Counted from the first letter of the stretch, positions 1 to 11,542 are shown. The stretch: 64,000 nucleotides of DNA from an uncultured virus (IMG/VR IMGVR_UViG_3300037067_011375) (IMGVR_UViG_3300037067_011375:1-64000), one strand, 5' to 3'. Notes: a model not told the origin generated them from the letters alone. Program-made: numbers and translations.

Positions 1-483
1 CATCTTGGTGGCGTAGTTCATCTATTTGACTCTACCCTCAAGGACGAGATGGACCACCTGCTCCGGGGTTACTTCGCCAAGGAGAAAGAGGTGGTGGTTT
101 TCGGGGAATATTGGGGGCCAAACAGTTTGGCCGGGATCCACGTGGATCCGCCGGACCAGATGCATTTGACTATTTTCGATCTTCTGGTGGTCAAGAAGTC
201 CTACACGGAGTTTGTCCTGCCTCAGGATTTTGTCAAAATCATGGCCAACACTACTGTCCCGACACCGCGATTTTTACGCGACGGCAATCTGAACGAGGAG
301 TTTATCCAGCAAGTTCGAGAGAACAAATTTGACCCCCCGCTAAACGAAGGTGTAGTTTGCAAGGGCCGGGAACGCAGCGGGGCTCACCGGGGCAAGGTTT
401 GGATGTGCAAGATCAAGACGAACCAGTACATGAACCGGCTCAAGGAACGGTACGGGCAGGATTGGGGTCGGTTTTGGGAGTAA
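1..483 (+). CDS. ATP-dependent RNA ligase (Rnl2-like nucleotidyltransferase), 5'-truncated by window edge
   Basis: Frame is open from base 1. Motifs III (FGE), IIIa (FD), IV (EGVVCK) and V (KIKT) are present; motif I would lie upstream of the window. Confidence 0.7.
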   Translation, partial: HLGGVVHLFDSTLKDEMDHLLRGYFAKEKEVVVFGEYWGPNSLAGIHVDPPDQMHLTIFDLLVVKKSYTEFVLPQDFVKIMANTTVPTPRFLRDGNLNEEFIQQVRENKFDPPLNEGVVCKGRERSGAHRGKVWMCKIKTNQYMNRLKERYGQDWGRFWE

Positions 484-487
484 TGAC

Positions 488-1282
488 ATGATTGCTTCAC
501 TTAAAGTCTCGGCCAAGTCCAAGGTGCCGGTGGCCTGGTGGGATAAAGCATTCCAAGGGGCACAATCCTGGGAGTTCAAACCTGGTGTCAACATCCTGTG
601 GGGGCCCAACGGATCAGGCAAATCCACGATCCTGACCCTGCTGGCTCGACTGCACTGCTGCGAGCACACTGGCTATTCCAAGGTCACGAAACTCGGGTTT
701 GACAACCTGTTTCGAGACGTCAAGCCCACGAAGGACGGCAGTAAGCTGCCCAGCGGGATCGAATGCCACCATGATGGCCAGGAAATCAGGTGTTTCAACT
801 CCGGCAAGGTCATCGGGATGGAATTTGGCAGTGCTGCTTTTGATTTCGAGGTTGACGATCCCGTCGGGGTCTTCATGACTCGAGGATCCAGTGGGCAACT
901 CAACGTTCATCGGTTGGGCCAGGTCATGAAGGCCAAGCCCCGAGACAAGATCGAATGGACCCGGTCTCCTGACCCCAATTACCAAGCTGAACCGGGTCGC
1001 CGTGACCATCACCACGAGAAACAAATGTGGCTGCAGGACTACCTCAAGGGTAGTCTACCGGCAGGTCCCCGAACTTTCCTGATGGACGAGCCGGATGTCG
1101 GGATGGACTGGCCAACCAAGCGGTTGCTGTGGGATTTGACCCTGGCGACGTCGGGTACCCGCCAGTACATTGTGGCGAGCCACAGCATTTTCGCCATGCA
1201 GTTCCCCGGGGCCAATTTCATCGAGATGAAGCCCGGCTACCTTGAGGAATGCCGCAAGGTCGTGCGCGGCCTCACGGTATAA
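488..1282 (+). CDS. ABC/SMC-like P-loop ATPase
   Basis: Walker A GPNGSGKS, signature-like SSGQ, Walker B FLMDEP, H-loop ASHS. Confidence 0.8.
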   Translation: MIASLKVSAKSKVPVAWWDKAFQGAQSWEFKPGVNILWGPNGSGKSTILTLLARLHCCEHTGYSKVTKLGFDNLFRDVKPTKDGSKLPSGIECHHDGQEIRCFNSGKVIGMEFGSAAFDFEVDDPVGVFMTRGSSGQLNVHRLGQVMKAKPRDKIEWTRSPDPNYQAEPGRRDHHHEKQMWLQDYLKGSLPAGPRTFLMDEPDVGMDWPTKRLLWDLTLATSGTRQYIVASHSIFAMQFPGANFIEMKPGYLEECRKVVRGLTV

Positions 1283-1298
1283 ACAATTCAGAAAGGAC

Positions 1299-1793
1299 AT
1301 GATAATGCAACCAAGAAACAGTATTGACGAGATCATCAAGGCGATGGCCAAGCGGTTCGACCAGGATGACGACCGACTTGTCGAGACCACCCACCTGCGC
1401 TACTGGCTCGAGAACGCCGTTGAGGCCCTGGTGGCCTGCGAGGCCGTCCAGGAGGCCAGGGAGCAGCAGATGGACGTGCTACAGGAACAGGTCAATGACC
1501 TGAACCAGCAGGTCCTGAACCTCGTGGCCGACCAAGCGGTGCTGAGTCGCCAGCTTGCTGTCGCGACCGAGGTCCAGCATGTCGACTTCGACATCACGAT
1601 GCAGTGGGATCCGGATTTAGCCGATCGGTGTCGTCACCACGCTGACAAGCCGCCCAAACTGGTCAAGACTACCGAAGGTAAGCAGGATTCCTGTGGTGCT
1701 GACTCCACGTACGTGACGACGACGCCCACGAGCAAGCCCAAGCAGGTCAAGCCCACCAAGCACAAGGTGAGCCGAAAGGACAAGGCCAAGTAG
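1299..1793 (+). CDS. hypothetical coiled-coil protein with basic C-terminal tail
   Basis: RBS AAAGGA before ATG 1299; heptad-like Q/L pattern. Confidence 0.6.
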   Translation: MIMQPRNSIDEIIKAMAKRFDQDDDRLVETTHLRYWLENAVEALVACEAVQEAREQQMDVLQEQVNDLNQQVLNLVADQAVLSRQLAVATEVQHVDFDITMQWDPDLADRCRHHADKPPKLVKTTEGKQDSCGADSTYVTTTPTSKPKQVKPTKHKVSRKDKAK

Positions 1794-1795
1794 CG

Positions 1796-2212
1796 ATGCG
1801 TGGAAGCCAGGTCGATAATGCTCGCCAACTTCTGGTAGCCAGGTTGGAGCACCTGGCCCTCAGGGGCCGCGAGGCCAAGGACCGGTTGTCGGCCGACCTG
1901 TTGCTCCACGGCATTGGGGTCACGATCCTGAACTGCCGCGACGCCTTGGTCCAGGAGGTCCAGGGCCACGTGGCCCAGGGGATTCTGCGACGCATTTCTT
2001 CCGAGCCCCTGGGCCACGTCGTCAGGGATGAGATGTCCCGACTGGGCCACGGGTGCTACCAGCCCGACGGCAACGACTTCCGCCATGGCATCGTGACCAC
2101 GACGTTCACGGCCCACCTGGAACTGCTCCGGTTGCTCCAGGGGTACCTGGAGCGGCTTGGCCAGGCCCTCGTGGCCGAGGGTGTGGAAGATTCTCCCTGG
2201 TTAGCAGGATAG
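1796..2212 (+). CDS. hypothetical protein
   Basis: ORF packed 2 nt after the previous stop. Confidence 0.55.
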   Translation: MRGSQVDNARQLLVARLEHLALRGREAKDRLSADLLLHGIGVTILNCRDALVQEVQGHVAQGILRRISSEPLGHVVRDEMSRLGHGCYQPDGNDFRHGIVTTTFTAHLELLRLLQGYLERLGQALVAEGVEDSPWLAG

Positions 2213-2215
2213 TGA

Positions 2216-3882
<1,667 letters not shown>

Positions 3883-4034
3883 ACGTCCAGGCCGACGGCA
3901 ACGACATCGTGGCAGAGATCCGGGCGGCTTTTGCGGTCGAAACATTGGCGGTGCATCGCTGGGAGCCCACCGGTTAGTTTTCTCTTTTTCGGGTCAAAAC
4001 TCATCGGTAAAGTCTTGCTACCAAGAGGTGCTGG

Positions 4035-4304
4035 ATGTCTGCGTCTGATTCTGATGTGATTGCTGCCTTGCATACGGTCAGTGCTGCATTGGCCGGGTCG
4101 GGATACTTCCACCGGTCTGCGCAGTTACACGCGATCCGTAGACGCTGTTGCCTGGCTGCTGATGCTTTGGCGAAACTGCTCCAGGAGGCACAAGACGTCG
4201 ACGCCGTGCGGACTGCCAAGGTTGTATTTGAGTCTGCCATGCAAGATGTGCGGGCTGTGCTACCGGCTGACCTGGCCGATAGTCTTCCGCTGCTTAAAAA
4301 CTGA
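4035..4304 (+). CDS. hypothetical protein
   Basis: RBS GAGG, short helical ORF. Confidence 0.5.
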   Translation: MSASDSDVIAALHTVSAALAGSGYFHRSAQLHAIRRRCCLAADALAKLLQEAQDVDAVRTAKVVFESAMQDVRAVLPADLADSLPLLKN

Positions 4305-4381
4305 TCCTGGAATATTTTCTGTTCCTGGTTAGCCGGCAGGTAAAATGATCCTCGGCCTATTTCCGGGCCATGAGGATACCG

Positions 4382-5518
4382 ATGTATTTAACAGAAGTTC
4401 AAGACGTCTTCGACGTCAACAAGTACCTGTGGGGCCTGGCCCACCCAGTTGACCCGGTTGCCGTGGCGCAGCAGTATGATCTGGATCGTGCTGCTCTGGT
4501 GGCCCAGGCGCTCCGTGGCCGTAAGTCGGATACTGCGCCCAGGTCTAGTGCCGACGACGTAACCCATGACGTCATCCACGATGTTGTATTTTGGCGGGAT
4601 TTTTGCCATGCTCCCGGGTTCCGTCAGCTGGTCACGCCGTGCCGCTGTACTAACCTTGACCCAGCGGTTGCTCCGTGTGCCGAGCCTACGGATATCCCCG
4701 ACGGCATCACTACTCTGGTTCGCCACCACAATGGCATCCCGCACGTCATCAAGATTCACTATCCTGTGCTCACGTGCCAAGACGGCGTAGCCACGTTGCA
4801 TTGTCGTGACTGCGGTGTCGAGGTGACCGCTTCATCCGCAATCGAGGCGGTATGTCGGTGGAACCGCGAGACCATCGCGGTGGTTCCTGAAGACGACCAG
4901 ATTACCGCGTATGTACCTAAGCCCGTGGGGCCTTCTCCCGAAGATGTCGTGGCGCTCCAGGCCGTCAAAGCAGAGCGCCGACTGCATAAAGACAAAATCA
5001 GACCGGCACAGGACAAAGCCCGCAGTATCGTCCAGCACCTTCTTGCCCACCATCGACTACCAGACAGGAGTGCAGCCACAATCCTGGTGTTGTATCGTGA
5101 AAATGCCGTGGTGTACCTTGTGACAACCTCCGTGAGGAATGGGGACTCGCGTGACTTCTATGTCGGTGAGTGGCGCGGGGCAAAACGTGATTGCGGGGTT
5201 TTTGATCGTTATACGGACCCTGCCGCGTTGGCTCAGTGGGCTGACCAACTTGCCGCGACTCTGCAGGGTCATCAAGCAGTCCTATACTACCACCTGGACG
5301 CCGTGAAAAAGAACCAGGGGTGGTACGGCACCGAAGCAGTTAGGTGCGACGCCGGTTGGTTCGGTCCCATGGACCTGACCACCGTGATCGCCCAGGGGGC
5401 CATCCCCCAGGAACCCAAGTTCAACTTTTTGCTGCCCCGTGACCATCCTGGTCACCCGGATTTCGTCCAGACAGCACCGTCTGTTGACCATGAGGATACC
5501 GATGCCCCTTCACTTTGA
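4382..5518 (+). CDS. hypothetical protein with Lar-like Zn-binding domain (paralog A)
   Basis: PCRC...CRDCG...EAVCRWNR resembles the Lar restriction-alleviation signature; RBS GAGG before ATG 4382. Confidence 0.55.
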   Translation: MYLTEVQDVFDVNKYLWGLAHPVDPVAVAQQYDLDRAALVAQALRGRKSDTAPRSSADDVTHDVIHDVVFWRDFCHAPGFRQLVTPCRCTNLDPAVAPCAEPTDIPDGITTLVRHHNGIPHVIKIHYPVLTCQDGVATLHCRDCGVEVTASSAIEAVCRWNRETIAVVPEDDQITAYVPKPVGPSPEDVVALQAVKAERRLHKDKIRPAQDKARSIVQHLLAHHRLPDRSAATILVLYRENAVVYLVTTSVRNGDSRDFYVGEWRGAKRDCGVFDRYTDPAALAQWADQLAATLQGHQAVLYYHLDAVKKNQGWYGTEAVRCDAGWFGPMDLTTVIAQGAIPQEPKFNFLLPRDHPGHPDFVQTAPSVDHEDTDAPSL

Positions 5519-6696
5519 ACATGAGACACAACAGCCGGACGCCAACGCCCGTGCCCGGTTGAATATTTGGTTACGTTGGGCCGCTACCGCGCCAGAGAAA
5601 ATTGTCCAGCAGTGCATGTACGAGGTGACACAGTGGTGGTGTCATGGAGATCCCCAGGAGAGTGCCCAGGCCAAGGAAGTGGAGTTTCTGACCAGATTGC
5701 GCGCAACAGTAGGGAGCGACGCCCTCCTCCACGTAGACTTGGCCGCGTACGCAGAACCTAAAGACGTGTTGGACGACCTAGCTTTTTGGCGGTTTTTCTG
5801 TGCCCAGCCTGGTTTCCACCAGATTGTTTGGCCTTGCAGGTGCACCAACAGGCCAGCAGGTAGTTCTGCCGAGGTGCCGACTCCACAGTACCCTAGTTTT
5901 GCTCCGGGTGATTCCGTGGTTTTGGCTTGCCCAAAGTGTTTCGTCAGTGTGGAGTCCGCCACTCCCCTGGGGGGCGATTTGTCGGTGGAATCATGAAACC
6001 AAGAAAGCGGCCGAGATTGCAGCGAAGCTACAGGAGGACAGCGGCGGGTACGGGCCCAGCCCTACGCCGGGAGAACCGTCCCCCGAGGGTGCAGCGCGAC
6101 TTGAGGCCGTCAGGGCAGAGCGTCAGGCTACCCGTAGCACTCGTGGCCGCGCCCTGTATGATCGCCTTGCCGGCATCGTTAACTACCTGATGGACTACTG
6201 GAAAATCGTGCGACGAGACGGCCAGGTCGTCACGGTGTTGTATAAGGAAGACCGGGTTCCTTATCTGATCACCCGACAGGTTGACGCCAGGACCGGTACC
6301 GCCACGTACGCGGCCAGGTTGGCCAGGGGTGCAGAACTACTGTGTCTTCCCGGTGCATTAGACCATTTGTTTGTGGGGAAGCAGAAACCCGACCCTGCTG
6401 TCCAGCCAGAGGTGGTTAAGCACCAGATCACACATCTCATTAATGAAAATGCGATTTTGCACGTACTGGACCACCATGTTGTGACGGGGTTGCTCAACCA
6501 AGAAACCCTTCCAGACACCGGTTGGACTGACCCGGTTGATTTGGCCGTCGCGATGGCAGCCGGGAAAATCCCGAAGGAACCGCCGTTTGCGGCCTCTGGG
6601 TCCCAACAGACAGTATCCCAGCAGACTCCGATCATTCAAATGAACCAGGACCAGGAAGGCCAAGAAATTAAGCAGTTTGCCGATAGCATCTTATAA
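5502..6696 (+). pseudogene. paralog B of 4382..5518, split by a +1 frameshift in a G6 run (5969-5974)
   Basis: FWRFFCAQPGFHQIVWPCRCTN aligns with FWRDFCHAPGFRQLVTPCRCTN. Removing one G gives CPKC...PLGAICRWNHET, matching CRDC...AIEAVCRWNRET. Confidence 0.7.
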
Positions 6697-6708
6697 AGAG
6701 GTGTCCAG

Positions 6709-7197
6709 ATGACGTGTTGGCTTGACTATACCCCAGAACCCGACGCTCCATTGGTCCAGCAGGTTCGCCAAGCGCTACAACAGGGTAGTGTTGATTCTTG
6801 GCTGCGGGACCTCTTGCCCTGCAGGATTGACGGCTGGTACGCGTTCAGCAATGCCGTGAAGCGCTATTTTGCCGACCAGCTGGTTTTAACGTGCACCCGT
6901 GGGGCCACACATCTTCGGGACGCCCTGGACGCTGACCTCAACTGGGTTGTCCCTGATGACCACAAGCTGTTCGGTGTTTACGCCGCTGGTTCAACTCCGC
7001 AGCATGATTTTCATGTTCGTGGCCAGCACGCGTACTGCACAGTTTGTGGCCGTCCAGTGCAGGTTACCCTATTCGGCAATGCCATTTTGTATGTGGTGCT
7101 GTGCCCTACCCTGACCCAGCAATATTTAGCCCCACCGCAGAAAAATACCGACCCTGGTGACGGAACGTACCGCTGGGTCTGCGAAGCCGTTGTTTGA
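6709..7197 (+). CDS. hypothetical protein (CxxC near C-terminus)
   Basis: RBS GAGG, ORF. Confidence 0.55.
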   Translation: MTCWLDYTPEPDAPLVQQVRQALQQGSVDSWLRDLLPCRIDGWYAFSNAVKRYFADQLVLTCTRGATHLRDALDADLNWVVPDDHKLFGVYAAGSTPQHDFHVRGQHAYCTVCGRPVQVTLFGNAILYVVLCPTLTQQYLAPPQKNTDPGDGTYRWVCEAVV

Positions 7198-7222
7198 CGG
7201 GTGCAAGTGAGTATTGTGTATT

Positions 7223-8293
7223 ATGTCGACGCAAACGACACCAGTAATTTCGTGTTCAACAGACACACCCCGTTGCGGCCTTGGGGACGCCATGCTGGAC
7301 GATATGTCGGCATTGGCTGCCCCGCTTCCGCACAGCAACGTAGTAGGCATAGATCAACCACGGCTTCGGCGATTTCTTGACTATTTGAGCTTGGCCTGGC
7401 TTTCCCACGACTGCAGATTTAGCACACTGTATTTAGAGCACCCTACCGAGACACACTGGCGACTGGTCTGGTGGTGTCGATGGAATCTGTCCCCGACGGT
7501 GTGGGATGACGCCCGCCGTGCACTATTGTCAGACGACCAGGAGCAACTGGACGACAGTATTGACCTAGACTACAACTATGAAGAAGGTGGCCACGAGGGC
7601 ATGGTGCGGCGACTTCGTGATGGGTTTGCCCCGTTGCTCGTTTCTGGCGTGACCCAGGGGCAACTACTGGGTCTTTTGCTGCCCTATTTACCTGCAAAAC
7701 ACGGTTCCAACAACGCCAAAGTTCTGCGGGATTTTATCACGGCTCGTCTTGTGGACCCACTGGCACAAGCGGGTAACCTCTACTACTGGTTTATCGACGA
7801 TGACGACGCTGGCCCGCCCAACGCTGCTGTCGTGCTGGATTTGCCAGCTTGGCCTTGGGAAACGGTCTGGGAGCCTATGTGGCAAGAAGCGCAAAAGCGA
7901 TCCAAAGAACTGCGTGATTGTATGGCACGAGGTCACGTCACATACCTTGCCAAGATCGCCGCGATGATCGAGCCGGTAGACGGCCTCGTTACGGTGTACT
8001 TAGGTAACGAGTTTCCAGCGATTACCGACCGCACCATCCAGGTGACGGCGGTGTGCCGACCAGTAACGCGCAGGGCCGTTCATGACGATGGCTCTCCTGC
8101 AAAATCTCCGCTAGTTCTCTCTGGGTGCTATCATATTCTGGACGACATCGAAGCCAGTGCCGTGTTGCCCACCGACGAGTTATACGTGCGGGTTTGGCAA
8201 TCAGATTTAGAGCAGTTCGGTAATAAAGACTACACAGTCCCTGCAGTTTCAACCAAGCGTTTTCATGAACTTGGTCAGGCGAGCACGAAATAG
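7223..8293 (+). CDS. hypothetical protein
   Basis: Long + strand ORF filling the gap; start uncertain. Confidence 0.6.
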   Translation: MSTQTTPVISCSTDTPRCGLGDAMLDDMSALAAPLPHSNVVGIDQPRLRRFLDYLSLAWLSHDCRFSTLYLEHPTETHWRLVWWCRWNLSPTVWDDARRALLSDDQEQLDDSIDLDYNYEEGGHEGMVRRLRDGFAPLLVSGVTQGQLLGLLLPYLPAKHGSNNAKVLRDFITARLVDPLAQAGNLYYWFIDDDDAGPPNAAVVLDLPAWPWETVWEPMWQEAQKRSKELRDCMARGHVTYLAKIAAMIEPVDGLVTVYLGNEFPAITDRTIQVTAVCRPVTRRAVHDDGSPAKSPLVLSGCYHILDDIEASAVLPTDELYVRVWQSDLEQFGNKDYTVPAVSTKRFHELGQASTK

Positions 8294-8361
8294 GTCGGTA
8301 AAATCTCCTCACGGCATTATTGCCGACGGCGCCCCTAACACCAACAAAGGAGGCCAGCGCC

Positions 8362-9093
8362 ATGTCGATCGCCCACGATGCCCAGGGAACCATGGATTTA
8401 TTTGTCCAGTTCAGCAAATGTCTCGGAGCCTTGCCCTTCGTCGAGGAGGAAGGATTCCAGCAACTTCGCGGCCGGATCATCGCGGCCATGAACAAAATCC
8501 TTGACGAGCAGAAGATGCCCCAGGTTAATACTCCTCCAGTGACCGAATCGGAACCTGCGGAAAAGGCATTTTCTTTCGCAGGAGGCTGCAGCGACCCCAC
8601 GGCGTCCAAAAGCAAGCAACCCGCCACTGACCTGCTGTATCTTCTGCTGAACCTGAATCTTTTGCCCGACGACATTGCCTATTGTCTTTCGGCATCCCCG
8701 TGGATGCAAGGGCCTACTGTCGCGATTGGGACGACACTGGGTCAGGTGTTCAAGATCATGGTGGAGAAACAGGACGCTGAAATCCACGTGGCAGATTTAG
8801 TGGTTGATGGTGCGGCACGACGTTGTTGTGGCCACGATTGTCAGTATGTAACAACCAACTATGGCACTTCTATGAAGTGCGCCCTGAACGCCGCAGACCC
8901 ACAAGACCTCACTGCTATCCCGAGGGATTCTCAAGATTTCGTGATGGACTGCACTGCGCTGTGTGCCATGGCTCGTGGAGTTACTGGCAAGGCTAAAGTA
9001 ACATTGGTGGACAAGCCAGCGGTATTTACCCACGCCCATTCAATGTGGATTCGTAAACTCCAAGATGAGTCCTGTAAACCCTCGGCCGAGTAG
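8362..9093 (+). CDS. hypothetical Cys-rich protein
   Basis: RBS AAGGAGG before ATG 8362. Confidence 0.6.
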   Translation: MSIAHDAQGTMDLFVQFSKCLGALPFVEEEGFQQLRGRIIAAMNKILDEQKMPQVNTPPVTESEPAEKAFSFAGGCSDPTASKSKQPATDLLYLLLNLNLLPDDIAYCLSASPWMQGPTVAIGTTLGQVFKIMVEKQDAEIHVADLVVDGAARRCCGHDCQYVTTNYGTSMKCALNAADPQDLTAIPRDSQDFVMDCTALCAMARGVTGKAKVTLVDKPAVFTHAHSMWIRKLQDESCKPSAE

Positions 9094-9116
9094 TCCGTCC
9101 TGTTTTCACGATCCCG

Positions 9117-9132
9117 CACGTTAATCTTAACC
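9117..9132 (+). promoter_or_regulatory. CACGTTA-type putative phage promoter (variant)
   Basis: CACGTTAATCTTAACC, intergenic, upstream of kamA. Confidence 0.45.
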
Positions 9133-9156
9133 AAACCCCCGAAAGGAGTTGTTCAA

Positions 9157-10218
9157 GTGGACCCAGTTCCCGACCCTAGTGACGACGTCTCGCTGATCCC
9201 TGATTTCTCCCAGTCCAAGCAACAGATCCATTGGCACGACTGGACCTGGCAGCTGTCCAATAGTTTCGCGCCGCCTGGCCCCGAAGTCCCATTCCCGGCC
9301 CGCTGCACCCCGTACTACTGGGACCTGCTGGAGCAGTTGGGCCCTGACCACCCGTTGCACCGCACCGTCGTGCCCGACGTTGCCGAGTTGATTGTGGCGC
9401 CCTGCGAGCAGCAGGACCCACTCGGCGAGGAACACGACTCCCCTGTTCCAGGTCTCGTGCACCGCTATCCAGACCGTGTCCTCTTGCTCGTGACCAACCA
9501 GTGTGCGGCGTACTGCCGGTACTGCACGAGGTCCAGGCAGGTCGGCCGCAGTAACGGCGGCTACAACTACGAGGCCATCCAGTATATCCGGCAGCATCCA
9601 GAAATCCGCGACGTCGTGATCTCGGGTGGTGACCCCTTGACACTCCCGACCGGCCAGATCGAGACGATCCTGGCGAAGCTCTCGGCCATCCCGCACGTCG
9701 AGATGGTGAGGATCGGGACCAAGGTTCCGCTGGTCTTGCCCCAAAGGATTGACCCTGACCTTTGCGAAGTGCTACGCCGATTTCATCCGTGGATTTCAAT
9801 CCACTGCACTCATCCCGACGAGATCACCCCGGAGGCCGAAGCCGCGTTGAACCGACTGGCTTCCTGCGGGTGCCCCCTGGGCGCTCAAACCGTGCTGCTC
9901 AAGGGTATCAACGACGACCCTGAGGTCATCCGGAGCCTCATGGTCAAGTTGCTGAAGAATCGTGTCCGCCCCTACTACCTCTATCAGTGCGACCCTGTCC
10001 CAGGAACCAGCCATTTCCGCACTGATCCCCAAGTGGGTGTTGGGATTCTGCGGCACCTTCAGGGCAAGATCAGTGGCTACGGGATCCCCAGGTTCGTCAT
10101 TGACCTACCTGGTGGTGGCGGCAAAATCCCGTTGAATCCTGATTATGTCGTGGACCGAGACCCCGATGGCATCGACCTGGAAAACTGGCAGGGCGGGCGG
10201 TTCCGGTATCCTGGCTAA
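9157..10218 (+). CDS. kamA: lysine 2,3-aminomutase family radical SAM enzyme (KamA/EpmB)
   Basis: DPLGEE..SPVPGLVHRYPDR, CxxxCxxC (CAAYCRYC), SGGDPL, QTVLLKGIND, PYYLYQCD, PLP-lysine motif PGGGGKIP. Confidence 0.93.
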   Translation: MDPVPDPSDDVSLIPDFSQSKQQIHWHDWTWQLSNSFAPPGPEVPFPARCTPYYWDLLEQLGPDHPLHRTVVPDVAELIVAPCEQQDPLGEEHDSPVPGLVHRYPDRVLLLVTNQCAAYCRYCTRSRQVGRSNGGYNYEAIQYIRQHPEIRDVVISGGDPLTLPTGQIETILAKLSAIPHVEMVRIGTKVPLVLPQRIDPDLCEVLRRFHPWISIHCTHPDEITPEAEAALNRLASCGCPLGAQTVLLKGINDDPEVIRSLMVKLLKNRVRPYYLYQCDPVPGTSHFRTDPQVGVGILRHLQGKISGYGIPRFVIDLPGGGGKIPLNPDYVVDRDPDGIDLENWQGGRFRYPG

Positions 10219-10225
10219 AGTCCCC

Positions 10226-10253
10226 TTGACACCGTCCTAACCCACCTTATCTT
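10226..10253 (+). promoter_or_regulatory. sigma70-type promoter upstream of hsp20
   Basis: TTGACA-N16-TATCTT. Confidence 0.45.
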
Positions 10254-10285
10254 GGGCCCCACAATTTCCAAGGAGGCCCACAGCC

Positions 10286-10666
10286 ATGTTCTCTCCGTAT
10301 GCTTCGCTACTTGATTCTCTGCTGCGCCACGACTACCAGGACCACGATGACCCTGTGGTGCCCAGGTGCAACCTGTACCCCCAGGACCGAGACTACATTG
10401 TGCAGGTCCAGATGCCTGGGGTGCCCCGCGATGCCATCGACATCCAGGTGGATCGAGGCATCCTGACGATCCAGGGGAAGTCGGAAATCCCCGGGACGCC
10501 AGACCCGACTCGTCAAGAATTCAAGTCCACTGTTTATCGTCGAGAGTTCCACGTGGCCGACGAGGTGGACGTCGCGAGCATCACGGCCAAACACCAGGAC
10601 GGCATCCTGACCCTCACGGTCCCGCGAGGCAAGGCTACCCAGGCCCACAAGATTTCGGTCCAGTAG
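10286..10666 (+). CDS. small heat-shock protein (Hsp20/alpha-crystallin family)
   Basis: MPGV...IDIQV..GILTIQG...YRREF....VD..SITAK..DGILTLTVP; RBS AAGGAGG. Confidence 0.92.
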   Translation: MFSPYASLLDSLLRHDYQDHDDPVVPRCNLYPQDRDYIVQVQMPGVPRDAIDIQVDRGILTIQGKSEIPGTPDPTRQEFKSTVYRREFHVADEVDVASITAKHQDGILTLTVPRGKATQAHKISVQ

Positions 10667-10673
10667 AAAAAGA

Positions 10674-10702
10674 TTGACATCGGCCTGGGTCCACGGTAAA
10701 GT
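10674..10702 (+). promoter_or_regulatory. sigma70-type promoter, probably leaderless
   Basis: TTGACA-N17-TAAAGT, with ATG 10709 six nt downstream. Confidence 0.6.
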
Positions 10703-10708
10703 ACCTAC

Positions 10709-11152
10709 ATGGACCCCAAGGTCACGACCGAAATCAGAAACCAAGTGGACCAGGTGCTGGTTCGTCTGGCCCGAGTGCCCGAGCAGCCCCCGGGGCTCGG
10801 GTGGGACCCCCAGGATCTCAATGGTGCCTGTGCCGTGGCCTCGTGGCTGTTGTTCCGCGCCCTACGGGACCAAGGCGTCGAGGCCGACTTCTGCATTTCG
10901 GCCGACGAGGGCCATTGTTTCTGCATGGTCGGGGACTTCGTGGTGGACCCAACTGCTCGCCAGTTCGGTTTCTGCCCTGACGTGGTGGTCGCGGAGACTC
11001 AGTACCTGACCCAGCGGTATCGACAGGGCGACGAGGAGTTCCCTTGGGCCCTGGGCCGCAGGGTCTCGACCGAGCCCGAGATCCAGGAGATCCTGGCGGA
11101 CTGGACCCCGGACCAGCAGCCCCGCTATTATCAGGATAAGGGGATCCTCTAA
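10709..11152 (+). CDS. putative transglutaminase/papain-like Cys-His-Asp enzyme
   Basis: GACAVAS ... GHCF ... VDPTARQF triad pattern. Confidence 0.5.
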   Translation: MDPKVTTEIRNQVDQVLVRLARVPEQPPGLGWDPQDLNGACAVASWLLFRALRDQGVEADFCISADEGHCFCMVGDFVVDPTARQFGFCPDVVVAETQYLTQRYRQGDEEFPWALGRRVSTEPEIQEILADWTPDQQPRYYQDKGIL

Positions 11153-11430
11153 TGCCGATTGACCAGTATTGCACGTGCACGGTTCTGGTGGAGCGGGGCC
11201 CAGATCGCCCCGTGGGTGGTTGCATCAGGGCCTTGTCCTACACCATCTGGAGTATCTCGGAGATCCCCGACCATGTGGTCCAGTGGCTCGCGAGCAATTC
11301 TATCGTGGTGGGGCCGGGCTGCCAGGGCCAGCGGTTCAGTATCGCGGCTCGGGGACGAGGCAACCACCAGGATCACTTGCACCTAACCCACTGGGTCCAG
11401 GTCGACTGGACCATTGATTCGGGAGATTAA
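11152..11430 (+). CDS. hypothetical protein
   Basis: TAATG stop/start overlap with the previous gene. Confidence 0.5.
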   Translation: MPIDQYCTCTVLVERGPDRPVGGCIRALSYTIWSISEIPDHVVQWLASNSIVVGPGCQGQRFSIAARGRGNHQDHLHLTHWVQVDWTIDSGD

Positions 11431-11438
11431 ACAACGGT

Positions 11439-11522
11439 TTGGCCCATGGGTCGCGGACAGGATTTGATGCTCAGATGCGGGGCACCATAACCAACCCTAA
11501 TGGTCCGCGGCCCTTGGGTCAA
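11439..11522 (+). ncRNA. unassigned structured RNA (long stem-loop) upstream of the tRNA
   Basis: TTGGCCCA-T-GGGTCGCGGAC pairs with GTCCGCGGCCC-T-TGGGTCAA (~19 bp including G-U pairs), followed by a T5 run. Confidence 0.4.
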
Positions 11523-11542
11523 TTTTTCAGGTAAAGGTTTGA

